Assembly: GCF_040218225.1 (NCBI RefSeq)
Contig: NZ_JAVJQO010000003.1
Span: 163,326-227,325, forward strand
Direction: 5' to 3'
Length of the DNA stretch: 64,000 bases
Source: Gracilimonas sp.
GTDB taxonomy: Bacteria > Bacteroidota > Rhodothermia > Balneolales > Balneolaceae
Made by a program: the position numbers and the translations under genes. Numbering within the stretch: the first letter of the stretch is position 1; each line of letters opens with the position of its first letter. Shown piece after piece: positions 1 through 8,764 of this stretch. The notes under the pieces were generated by a model. It saw only the letters and a list, made by a program, of their open reading frames with translations, did no database searches and was not told where the DNA came from.

Positions 1-605
1 CGTCGCTCCTGGTGATCATGGGTACCTTCAGGTCCGGTCACGTAATCAGTATAGGGCCGTTCACCACCTCCGGGGCCTTTGCTCAAATCCTGTCCCCACA
101 ACAAAAATTCTACGGCATGGTAGCCGGAACTGACATTCGTCTCACTCCCCTGCTCATTTAAAGATGCGATCATTTCTTTAGTGATTTCGGGAAATTCATC
201 CGGGCTGTTGATGATATTGGTGCCAACAGATTCCCCTTCGCCGGTTGGCGAGGCCTCCACATAGTCGATATACGACTCATCCAGCGGCCACGCATTGAGT
301 TGTCCTTCAGGGCCGTCTTCGTCGTCAATCGGTCCGCCATAAAAACGAAAAGCCTCGGTTTTTCCATAGGTTTCACGAGCATTTAGCCAGGCTTTTTTGG
401 TGGAATCCAAAGTTGCAGGTGATGGATTTTCCACAAATTCATTTACGGCCTTGTCGAGAGCTTCAGCATCAGAAAGCGCATCCTGATAAGTGGCTAAAAC
501 AATATCAGCATAATTTTCGACTACGGGTTTCAGCTCCTGATGAGTGCTGCATCCTGTGAACAAAATCAGGCTCATTAGTGAAGCAGCCGTGAGTACTTTT
601 TTCAT
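1..605 (-). CDS. imelysin-like (peptidase M75 / IrpA-type) lipoprotein, N-terminal part; the 3' end lies beyond the left window edge
   Basis: Absent from the ORF track because the frame never closes inside the window. A reverse-strand ATG at 605-603 gives MKKVLTAASLMSLILFTGCSTHQ... (lipobox LFTGC), and the frame stays open to nt 1. My hand translation contains ARETYGKTEAFRFYGGPIDDEDGPEGQLNAWPLDESYIDY and SSGYHAVEFLLWGQD, the HxxE block typical of imelysin-family proteins. Confidence 0.7.
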   Translation of the reverse strand, partial: MKKVLTAASLMSLILFTGCSTHQELKPVVENYADIVLATYQDALSDAEALDKAVNEFVENPSPATLDSTKKAWLNARETYGKTEAFRFYGGPIDDEDGPEGQLNAWPLDESYIDYVEASPTGEGESVGTNIINSPDEFPEITKEMIASLNEQGSETNVSSGYHAVEFLLWGQDLSKGPGGGERPYTDYVTGPEGTHDHQER

Positions 606-723
606 GAAAAGAACGAGGTTAATTCCTTATTTAGATTTGATACAGATAAGATACGTATTTCTGTAAGCGTTCTAAAGGAATTTTGAAGATGATTGCTTAG
701 TAGTTCTCCCCCAAACAGAACAT

Positions 724-1665
724 TTATTCCACCTCAGCTAAGCCATACTCAAAAATAGTGGAAACTTCACCTTCAGCATCCACTTTACGAACGCGGGGAA
801 TAATCACATCCTCTTCCCAAAACTCCCACCATTTTGAAGTTCCGAACGTTGACTCGAGTACATACACTTCCCCATTAAAAACATCTACACCATGAGGCGA
901 CCATGGCCCTTCTGATTCCAGAAATACAGAGACTTCACCGGCCGGAGTCACCTTCAATACTCTTCGATTTCCGTAGTAGGCCAAATAAACGTTACCGCTT
1001 TCATCTACGGCAAAATCGAACAAGATATTCGCTCCGGCAAAGGGAATATTTTCAGGATTTTCCTCCTTCAGTCCGGTAGCCAAAACTGAAATAGAACCAT
1101 CTTCTTCCACTACTTTAATACTTTCACGGTCCAGGATATATAGCTTATCGTTTAATCCCCATGCCACATCATCGATTCTGGTTATTTCTGCGTTGAGACT
1201 AACTTCCACAACCTGCCCTTGTTCATCCCTTTTGAAAAGTTGATTATTGCGGGCAAAAAATACCGTACCATCACCGGCAACCGCATAGGTCTGTATAAAG
1301 AACAGCTCTTCGTTAGTGGTTGGTTCAATAATCAGTTTCTTCCCGGTTGAGTCAATGTTCCATAATCTGGCCTGCAATCCGCCCCCAGCATTATTCCGTT
1401 CTGCTGCATAAATCATGCGGTCGGGTGTTCGGGAAAGAATAATATCGCTGGGCGAATATGCCGATTCTAAAGCTTCGGTTAATTCGTTTTGATCGTTTAT
1501 TTGCCAAACGCATGCATAATGATCGTCATCCACAAAGGGACAAATAAAGGTGAAGTAGATATTCCCCTGCTGATCTATAACCAACCCTCCCCAGGGATGT
1601 GCCGATACGGTATTAGTATTCAATAACAAGAAAAGTAGTGATAGTACTGGAACCCATTTTCTCAT
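724..1665 (-). CDS. secreted beta-propeller protein (NHL / SMP-30-like repeats), function unknown
   Basis: 313-aa ORF with a signal peptide (LLFLLLNTNTVSA). It has repeated G-x-hydrophobic strand motifs (QGNIYF, DGTVFFA, DKLYILD, SGNVYLAYY, NGEVYVLE) typical of six-bladed propellers. Confidence 0.55.
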   Translation of the reverse strand: MRKWVPVLSLLFLLLNTNTVSAHPWGGLVIDQQGNIYFTFICPFVDDDHYACVWQINDQNELTEALESAYSPSDIILSRTPDRMIYAAERNNAGGGLQARLWNIDSTGKKLIIEPTTNEELFFIQTYAVAGDGTVFFARNNQLFKRDEQGQVVEVSLNAEITRIDDVAWGLNDKLYILDRESIKVVEEDGSISVLATGLKEENPENIPFAGANILFDFAVDESGNVYLAYYGNRRVLKVTPAGEVSVFLESEGPWSPHGVDVFNGEVYVLESTFGTSKWWEFWEEDVIIPRVRKVDAEGEVSTIFEYGLAEVE

Positions 1666-1740
1666 GAGCTTGTCTTTAGGTTTGTCTTTGAGGATATCGT
1701 GGTGAAACGCACTTAGACAAACAGAGTTACGTACTGTAAG

Positions 1741-2181
1741 TCAGTTTTTGGATTCGCAATATTTTTTTACAGCTATCATGTCTTTTTCCAACGCCTTTTT
1801 CATGAAACCTTTCATCAGTGGATTGAAAATTTTAGGGAGAAATTTATAAGCCTTGGCATCCATTATCAGAGTTAGCTCTGTCCCACCCTCTCTTCTCTCC
1901 ACCGTAAAAACGGAATCCCAGACCGTACCCATGGTATCAGATACAATCCTGATATGAGCATTTTCAACCAGCTCAGTGACTTCCAGAATGGTGGAAGCTT
2001 CCCGTCCGTTCATATCCCGGGTTTCTTTGAATTTAGTCCCCACTCCATACTCTTGTTCAGTCAGGAATTCTACGTTCTTGATATCCGGCACGGCTTGAGA
2101 AAAATTCCGGATATCAGAAATAGTTTTAAAAACCAACTCTTTAGGAGCTTCGATTTGCTTGGTTACTGTGATGGTACTCAT
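1741..2181 (-). CDS. SRPBCC (START / polyketide cyclase-dehydrase-like) family protein
   Basis: 146 aa. The start TVTKQIEAPKELVFKTISDIRNFSQAVPDI and the overall length match SRPBCC ligand-binding proteins. Confidence 0.65.
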   Translation of the reverse strand: MSTITVTKQIEAPKELVFKTISDIRNFSQAVPDIKNVEFLTEQEYGVGTKFKETRDMNGREASTILEVTELVENAHIRIVSDTMGTVWDSVFTVERREGGTELTLIMDAKAYKFLPKIFNPLMKGFMKKALEKDMIAVKKYCESKN

Positions 2182-2253
2182 AGCTTTATCCGGTTAGTGA
2201 ATGGATAAGGCTAAGTTAGAAAATCACAAATGAAGTGCAACCTTGATGTTTAC

Positions 2254-2655
2254 TCAGGAGAGCAAATTCTGAATCCTCTCGATCCTTTTATTTCGGTCAA
2301 TCGAGTATACGTTTCCTTTCGATTCGATATGCTTGTAGATTAAAAGTGACCGCCTCCATAGTATAACAGGATCAATATCAGGCTCTTCTTCTTCAGACAG
2401 TACAGATGCCATTTCAAAAAACAGATCGGCTACGAGCTCCAGGTTCTCATGATTCATCCCCGGATGCTCTTCCAGTTTTTGAAGCATTCCCGTCCCATCC
2501 ATCTCCAGCAAGTCTCTTACATTCAGATCGAGTTGCTCGGTCAACGCATGGTTTGAGATTTCTACCGCTTGATCTGCTTTTCCGGGTTTCTTTAGACCCA
2601 CCAGTGTCGATATCACCCTCGTCAGCACTTGGGTGAGTTGATAGATCTGCCGCAT
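2254..2655 (-). CDS. hypothetical helical protein
   Basis: 133-aa ORF in the same orientation as its neighbours, with coding-like composition. I recognise no family. Confidence 0.45.
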   Translation of the reverse strand: MRQIYQLTQVLTRVISTLVGLKKPGKADQAVEISNHALTEQLDLNVRDLLEMDGTGMLQKLEEHPGMNHENLELVADLFFEMASVLSEEEEPDIDPVILWRRSLLIYKHIESKGNVYSIDRNKRIERIQNLLS

Positions 2656-2691
2656 GATATAATCGTTTTGATTTAAAATAACACGGCGGTT

Positions 2692-3984
2692 TTAGTTGCT
2701 AATTTCGGTTATTGTCTCTTCAAAAGCGGTAAGAATAAAGCTGAGATCTTCGGGAGTCAGAGAGTTTGCTAAGAAAAAGGCTTCAAATGGTGAGGGTGGC
2801 AAATGAACGCCTCGCTTCAACATACCGTGAAAAATCTTTCCAAATAACTCTTTATCTGTTCGGTTGGCATCATCAAATGTCTGTACCGGACCTTCACAAT
2901 AAAACACCCCGATCATAGAACCTACCCGGTTCATGGCGTGAGGAATATCATGCTCTTCCAGTATTTTAGTTATTCCGGTTGCCAGAATCTGGGATTTCTT
3001 TTCCAGTTCCTCATACACTCCCGGGTTTTCCTTGAGCTTCTTCAGCAAGGTGTATCCGGCAGCCATAGCCAATGGATTCCCGGACAAGGTCCCAGCCTGA
3101 TACACAGGCCCTGTTGGGGCTACATAATCCATGATTTCTTCTTTCCCACCATAAGCCCCCACGGGAAGTCCGGCTCCAATAATCTTACCATAGGTTACCA
3201 TGTCGGCCGTTACGCCATACACTTTTTGCGCACCCTGGAAATCAACCCGAAAGCCTGTCATCACTTCGTCAAAAATGAGAACAATTTCATGTTTATCACA
3301 AAGTTCGCGTAATCCTTCCAGGAATCCTTTTTTGGGCGGAATACATCCCATGTTTCCTGCAATCGGTTCCAGTATGATGGCAGCCATATCTTCTTTGTTG
3401 GCTTCTACCAGCTTTTTCACTGAATCCAGATTATTGTACTCGGCGTTAAGGGTGTCTTTAGCCGTTCCTTCCGTAACACCGGGACTGCTGGGCTCCCCCA
3501 TCGTCAGAGCACCACTGCCGGCTTCAATCAGAAACGAATCTCCGTGTCCATGGTAGTTTCCTTTAAACTTGATGATCTTATTTTTGCCGGTATATCCACG
3601 GGCTACCCTAATGGCACTCATCGTGGCTTCAGTCCCCGAATTCACCATCCTTATTTTGTCAACACCAGGTACAGAGCTCGTAATCAGTTCTGCCATCTCT
3701 ACTTCCAATCGTGTAGGTGCCCCAAAAGAAGTAGAATGTTCGGCTGTTTGCTGAACCGCTTTTATGACATCCGGTTCAGCATGGCCAAGCAGCATCGGCC
3801 CCCAGGAGCTAATCAGGTCGATATAGCGATTGCCTTCTTCATCCCAGAGATAGGAACCTTTTGCACGAGTGATAAAAAGAGGTGTACCGCCTACACTGTT
3901 AAAAGCTCGGACCGGAGAATTTACTCCACCGGGTATCACTTTCGATGCTCTTTCATACAATTCTTTGCTCTTTGGATAATCCAT
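2692..3984 (-). CDS. hemL: glutamate-1-semialdehyde 2,1-aminomutase
   Basis: 430 aa. GGVNSPVRAF, SWGPMLLGH, MVNSGTEATMSAIR-ARG and FDEVMTGFR are hallmark HemL / class-III aminotransferase blocks. Confidence 0.95.
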   Translation of the reverse strand: MDYPKSKELYERASKVIPGGVNSPVRAFNSVGGTPLFITRAKGSYLWDEEGNRYIDLISSWGPMLLGHAEPDVIKAVQQTAEHSTSFGAPTRLEVEMAELITSSVPGVDKIRMVNSGTEATMSAIRVARGYTGKNKIIKFKGNYHGHGDSFLIEAGSGALTMGEPSSPGVTEGTAKDTLNAEYNNLDSVKKLVEANKEDMAAIILEPIAGNMGCIPPKKGFLEGLRELCDKHEIVLIFDEVMTGFRVDFQGAQKVYGVTADMVTYGKIIGAGLPVGAYGGKEEIMDYVAPTGPVYQAGTLSGNPLAMAAGYTLLKKLKENPGVYEELEKKSQILATGITKILEEHDIPHAMNRVGSMIGVFYCEGPVQTFDDANRTDKELFGKIFHGMLKRGVHLPPSPFEAFFLANSLTPEDLSFILTAFEETITEISN

Positions 3985-4104
3985 TATGTTTAATTTTTTT
4001 GTTGAAAAACTTCCCTCAGGGGACGTACGGCTTTAGCCAAGAGGGAACACCCTCCCCTCCGATAAATCGGAGCACCTCCCTCAAGGGAGGTCTTTCATAG
4101 CTAT

Positions 4105-5088
4105 TTATTTTTGATTGAGGATTTTGGCTGCGGCTTTTGCAAAATAAGTCGCAATAAGATCCGCACCCGCTCTTTTGAATCCGAGAAGGGCTTCCATCAT
4201 CGCGTCTTCTTCATCCAGCCAGCCTTGTTCAGCAGCAGCTTTAATCATTGCATATTCACCGGATACATTATACACCGAGACCGGAATATTGAAATTCTGT
4301 TTTACGGCACGAACCACATCTAAATACGGAAGTCCAGGTTTCACCATCACGATATCAGCTCCTTCATTGATATCCAGTTCCACCTCCCGTAATGCTTCGT
4401 CTACATTGGCCGGGTTCATCTGATAGGTCTTCTTGTCTCCAAAACCGGGTGCAGAATCCAAGGCATCGCGAAAGGGCCCATAATAAGAAGATGCATACTT
4501 TGCACTGTAAGCCATAATGCCTGTATTCTCAAACCCGGCTTCATCCAGAGCTTTCCGCATCGCCCCAATCCGGCCGTCCATCATATCAGATGGAGCTACC
4601 ATATCAGCACCTGCTTTGGCATGACTTACTGCCATTTGCGCCAAAACTTTCACGGAAGGGTCATTCACGATTTCTCCTTCCTCAACGATACCGTCATGCC
4701 CATAGGAGGAATATGGGTCCATGGCTACATCCGTCATCACCCACAAATCCGGATAATTCTTTTTAATGAACCGAACAGATTCCTGCATCAAGCCTTTATC
4801 ATTTATCGCTTCTGTGCCTTCATTATCTTTCTTTGAGTCTGGCACTTTCACAAATAACAGAACGGATTGAATTCCGAGTTCAACCAATTCATCCAACTCT
4901 TTGGTTAGAGTATCTAAAGAGTACCGGTAATAATCCGGCATACTTGGTATTTCCTCTTTCTTGTTTTCTCCTTCCATAATAAAGATGGGAGCGATGAAAT
5001 CAGATGGATGCAGTCGGTTTTCCTGCAACATCTCACGAATAGCAGGTGATTGCCGGTTTCGACGTAATCGGGTTGTTGGGTATTTCAT
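4105..5088 (-). CDS. hemB: porphobilinogen synthase (delta-aminolevulinate dehydratase)
   Basis: 327 aa. It contains RLRRNR, DVAMDPYSSYGHDG, APSDMMDGRI, SAKYASSYYGPFRDA, MVKPGLPYLD and YNVSGEYAM. Confidence 0.95.
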   Translation of the reverse strand: MKYPTTRLRRNRQSPAIREMLQENRLHPSDFIAPIFIMEGENKKEEIPSMPDYYRYSLDTLTKELDELVELGIQSVLLFVKVPDSKKDNEGTEAINDKGLMQESVRFIKKNYPDLWVMTDVAMDPYSSYGHDGIVEEGEIVNDPSVKVLAQMAVSHAKAGADMVAPSDMMDGRIGAMRKALDEAGFENTGIMAYSAKYASSYYGPFRDALDSAPGFGDKKTYQMNPANVDEALREVELDINEGADIVMVKPGLPYLDVVRAVKQNFNIPVSVYNVSGEYAMIKAAAEQGWLDEEDAMMEALLGFKRAGADLIATYFAKAAAKILNQK

Positions 5089-5160
5089 GTTTCTTTGCTT
5101 GCGAAAAGTGAAAAGGCAAAAGTAAAAACTACGTTTGTCTTTTCACTTTTCCCCTTTCAC

Positions 5161-6090
5161 TTAGCTATAATTAATCCAGTCAATCGGTTTCAGGTGTTCC
5201 ACCAGTGTTGCCTCCGGAGTACCTTCCTCGGGCTGATGATCATACACCCACTGAACTTTTGGGGGAAGGCTCATCAGGATTGATTCAATACGTCCTTTGG
5301 TCTTCAATCCAAATAAGGTACCACGATCGTGAATCAAATTGAACTCGACATATCTTCCCCTCCGAATTTCCTGCCAGTTCCGGTGAGATTCACCATAGCT
5401 ATTATCCTTTCGCTTTTTCATGATTGGGACATAAGCATCTGTAAAAGCATATCCTGCTGCCTTGCAGAATTCGAATAAATCATCCGCAGAACGATTTTCA
5501 TCTGGTCGCTGATAATCAAAAAACAGGCCGCCAATCCCCCGTGCTTCTTCCCGGTGATGATTGTAAAAGTAGGCATCACACTCTGCCTTAAAATCAGGGT
5601 AATAATCGGGATTAAACCGATCACATGTTTCTTTGTGAACCTGATGAAAATGCCTGGCATCCTCAGGATACAGGTAATAAGGAGTGAGGTCTGCGCCACC
5701 ACCAAACCACTGATCCTTAAGCTCTCCGGTGTCTTTGTCATACAATTCAAAATACCGGTAATTGGCATGGACCGTAGGCACGAATGGATTTCTGGGATGA
5801 ATCACCAATGATACTCCTGTAGCAAAAAATTCAGACTCAGGTACCTCAAATTTCTTTTGCATGGCTTCGGGAAGCGGGCCTCCCACAGCTGATACATTCA
5901 CCCCACCTTTCTCAATCACATCTCCGTCAGCGATAATGCGGGTACTGCCACCGCCAAAACCTTCCCGATCCCAATCCTCAATACGAAATTTTTGTGTTCC
6001 TTCCAGTGCCTCTAATTCATCACATATGTGTTGTTGAACATCTTTGACGAACTGGCTGAATTCTTCTTTTTTGGATGTCAGGTTTGACAT
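5161..6090 (-). CDS. hemF: oxygen-dependent coproporphyrinogen-III oxidase
   Basis: 309 aa. It contains GGGSTRII, EKGGVN-S, HPRNPFVPTVHANYRYFE, WFGGGADLTPYY, RGIGGLFFD and YVEFNL-HDRGT-FGL. Confidence 0.95.
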   Translation of the reverse strand: MSNLTSKKEEFSQFVKDVQQHICDELEALEGTQKFRIEDWDREGFGGGSTRIIADGDVIEKGGVNVSAVGGPLPEAMQKKFEVPESEFFATGVSLVIHPRNPFVPTVHANYRYFELYDKDTGELKDQWFGGGADLTPYYLYPEDARHFHQVHKETCDRFNPDYYPDFKAECDAYFYNHHREEARGIGGLFFDYQRPDENRSADDLFEFCKAAGYAFTDAYVPIMKKRKDNSYGESHRNWQEIRRGRYVEFNLIHDRGTLFGLKTKGRIESILMSLPPKVQWVYDHQPEEGTPEATLVEHLKPIDWINYS

Positions 6091-6143
6091 ATAAAATTAA
6101 TTTTACAATCCACAGAGCCACAAAATCTTATGTCTCCACGATA

Positions 6144-7175
6144 TTAATAACGATAATTTTTTACGGTATCCACGAATCTTTTGGCGTTTTCAACGGGAAC
6201 ATCCGGCAGAATACCATGCCCTAAATTGGCAATATAATTTCCTTTTCCGAAACGGCGCATCATGTCTTTGGCTTCGGCTTCAATTTGATCGGGCTTCATC
6301 AACAACTTTGACGGATCAAAATTTCCTTGTACTACCTTATCTCCGGCAAATTCCCGGGCATGTTCGGGAGTACAGCCCCAGCCTATTCCAAAACCAGTAA
6401 CATTGGTATCCACAAAAAATGGATAGCTCCACTCGGCATCTTTACAAAACATGATTAATGGCACACCATAATCTTCCCTCGCAATTCGCTGAAGATGCGG
6501 CAAAGCCAGTTTTCTAAAATCATCGGGACCAAGTGCAGCCGCCCACGATTCAAATACCTGAAGCACTTGTGCTCCGGCTTTGACCTGATTATGCAGATAC
6601 TGAATGGTCTGGTCCGTCATTACTTCAAGTAATTTCTGAGCAGCTTCCGGTTGAGAAAATAAAAATGATTTTGCCGTCGAGAACGTCTTTGAACCCTGCC
6701 CTTCAACCAGATAGCAAAACAGTGTCCACGGTGCGCCGGCAAATCCAATCAGCGGAACACGGCCATCTAACGTTTTACGGGTCAGCGTAAGTGCATCATA
6801 CACATACTGCAGCTGTTCTTCAGCCGGAATGATATTCAGGTTTTCAACCTGTTCTACCGTCCGGATTGGATCAGGTAAATATGGGCCGAAGCCCGGCTTC
6901 AGTTGTACTTCTACATCCAGGCATTCAATTAAAACCAGGATATCCGAAAATAAAATAGCCGCATCAGTCCCTACAATATCAATCGGCTGAATGGTAATTT
7001 CGCACGCCAGTTCCGGTGTTTTCACCCGTTCAAAAAAGCTGTACTTCTTTTTGATCTCCATATACTCGGGAAGGTATCGCCCGGCCTGCCGCATCATCCA
7101 CACGGGCGGACGTTCGGTTTCTTTGCCTTCTAGTGTATCAAGCAACAGTCGGTTTTTCAATTCAGGAAATGACAT
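6144..7175 (-). CDS. hemE: uroporphyrinogen decarboxylase
   Basis: 343 aa. PVWMMRQAGRYLPEY, the AILFSDILV region, GFAGAPWTL and NLGHGILP are classic HemE motifs. Confidence 0.95.
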   Translation of the reverse strand: MSFPELKNRLLLDTLEGKETERPPVWMMRQAGRYLPEYMEIKKKYSFFERVKTPELACEITIQPIDIVGTDAAILFSDILVLIECLDVEVQLKPGFGPYLPDPIRTVEQVENLNIIPAEEQLQYVYDALTLTRKTLDGRVPLIGFAGAPWTLFCYLVEGQGSKTFSTAKSFLFSQPEAAQKLLEVMTDQTIQYLHNQVKAGAQVLQVFESWAAALGPDDFRKLALPHLQRIAREDYGVPLIMFCKDAEWSYPFFVDTNVTGFGIGWGCTPEHAREFAGDKVVQGNFDPSKLLMKPDQIEAEAKDMMRRFGKGNYIANLGHGILPDVPVENAKRFVDTVKNYRY

Positions 7176-7179
7176 GTAA

Positions 7180-7869
7180 TCAGTTAAAATAGGTTTGAAT
7201 GGATTCCGTTAATGAATCCAGGGTTGAATATTCAGGAGTGATGCAGTCTTTAAAACCAGCTTCTTTAGCTGCTTCTTCAGTCGTAGTTCCAATACAAAAA
7301 ATCTGAGCTGTTCCGTTTACCTCATTTCGCTCAGAAAAAGATTCCACCGCACTTGGGCTCATAAAAACGATGCCATCATAATTAGAGGTATTAAGTGTAT
7401 GAGGAGCCAGTTTCGTCCTATATACTTCCACAGAAGTCAGATTAGTTCCTTCACCAAGAAGCTTATTTAAATCTCCCGCCTTCAGGTTTCCACAAAAGTG
7501 CACTACATCCCTGAGATCAAGATCTTTCATCTTTTTGGCCAAAGCAGCTACGTTATATTCATCCGGAATGGTAACCTCAAGATTCAAGCTTTCCAGCTTT
7601 TCCGCTGTTTTAGATCCCACTGCAAAAATATGATCGGGAACGTTCAGGTCGTTAATCGCGGGCTTAAGTGCTTTAACCGCTTTTTTGCTTGTAAAAATCC
7701 AGGTGTCGATTTTATCAGGAAGCTGACTGATCCACATAGCCGGAATTACATATTCAAAGGTTATAAATGGAACGGCCTCCACTGAAAAACCAGACGACTG
7801 CAAGGCCGCCAGTCTGTCTTTTTTAAGCTGTGTAGTAAATAAAATGTTGGGCTTTTTTTGATTAATCAT
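7180..7869 (-). CDS. hemD: uroporphyrinogen-III synthase
   Basis: 229 aa with HEM4-like blocks (WIFTSKKAV, IVFMSPSAVESF, FCIGTTT-EAA). It sits between hemC and hemE with an 8-nt overlap with hemC. Confidence 0.8.
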   Translation of the reverse strand: MINQKKPNILFTTQLKKDRLAALQSSGFSVEAVPFITFEYVIPAMWISQLPDKIDTWIFTSKKAVKALKPAINDLNVPDHIFAVGSKTAEKLESLNLEVTIPDEYNVAALAKKMKDLDLRDVVHFCGNLKAGDLNKLLGEGTNLTSVEVYRTKLAPHTLNTSNYDGIVFMSPSAVESFSERNEVNGTAQIFCIGTTTEEAAKEAGFKDCITPEYSTLDSLTESIQTYFN

Positions 7870-8764
7870 CGTTAGCCCGATGAGTTAGTAGTTCAACCGC
7901 CCCGTCTTTTTTCAATAGGTTAGCCCATTCATGCCCTTTTGCGGGTGTGGCTTCTGTAACCGGGATTTCCCTTTCGATATCCATTCGCCGGGAACCATCC
8001 AAAGCCAACACAGCCCCTACAAAATAAAGTATACCATTTTTAATGTAAGCGTGAGCTCCAACCGGCGAAGAACAGCCTGCTTCAAGTTCATTCAGAAAAG
8101 CCCGTTCTATATCAACACAGGTTCGGGTATCACTGTGGTTTAGTTTGTCAAAAATTTCCTGGTGCTTGGTATCCTTTCTGCTAACAACACCTATGGCGCC
8201 TTGAGATGGAGCCGGAATCATCCAATCCAGAACCTGACTAATCCTATTTTCATAACCTATCCGTTCCAGTCCGGCATAGGCAAATACAGCCCCAAACCAG
8301 TCATTATTATCTACTTTTTGAATCCTCGTTGGAACATTCCCTCTCAAACCAACAACTTCATCTCTTGGAAATCGATTTTTCCAGAACGCGGTTCTGCGAA
8401 TGCTGCCTGTTGCTATAACACGATGAATCTCCCCTTTTTCTTCTTTGGGTTTCACCAATACATCCTTAGGATTTCCTCTTTCTAAAACTGCTGCTAACTC
8501 AAGATCACCCAACAGAACGGTGGGTACATCTTTCAGAGAGTGTACAGCGAGGTCTACTTCTTCCTGAATAAGCACATCATCGAGGGCTTTGGTGAAAACG
8601 CCTTTATCCCCTAATTTATGAATGGGGATATCCTGCTCTTTATCTCCGAACGATTCTATTTCAACCAGCTCGGTTTCCACACCAATGGCATTCAGCTTAT
8701 CGCTGACCAACTCTGCCTGCCAGAGGGCTAACGTACTTTTACGGGTACCGATTTTAAGCTTCAT
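7862..8764 (-). CDS. hemC: hydroxymethylbilane synthase (porphobilinogen deaminase)
   Basis: 300 aa. It contains KIGTRKS-LALWQA, AVHSLKDVPT, RGNV-TR--K and GC--PVGA. It overlaps hemA by 11 nt. Confidence 0.95.
   Translation of the reverse strand: MKLKIGTRKSTLALWQAELVSDKLNAIGVETELVEIESFGDKEQDIPIHKLGDKGVFTKALDDVLIQEEVDLAVHSLKDVPTVLLGDLELAAVLERGNPKDVLVKPKEEKGEIHRVIATGSIRRTAFWKNRFPRDEVVGLRGNVPTRIQKVDNNDWFGAVFAYAGLERIGYENRISQVLDWMIPAPSQGAIGVVSRKDTKHQEIFDKLNHSDTRTCVDIERAFLNELEAGCSSPVGAHAYIKNGILYFVGAVLALDGSRRMDIEREIPVTEATPAKGHEWANLLKKDGAVELLTHRANDD

Noticed and set aside
170-382. 70-aa minus-strand ORF from the track
   Set aside because: It lies in a different frame inside the much longer open, imelysin-like reading frame (1-605, minus). 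It has low-complexity, non-protein-like composition.
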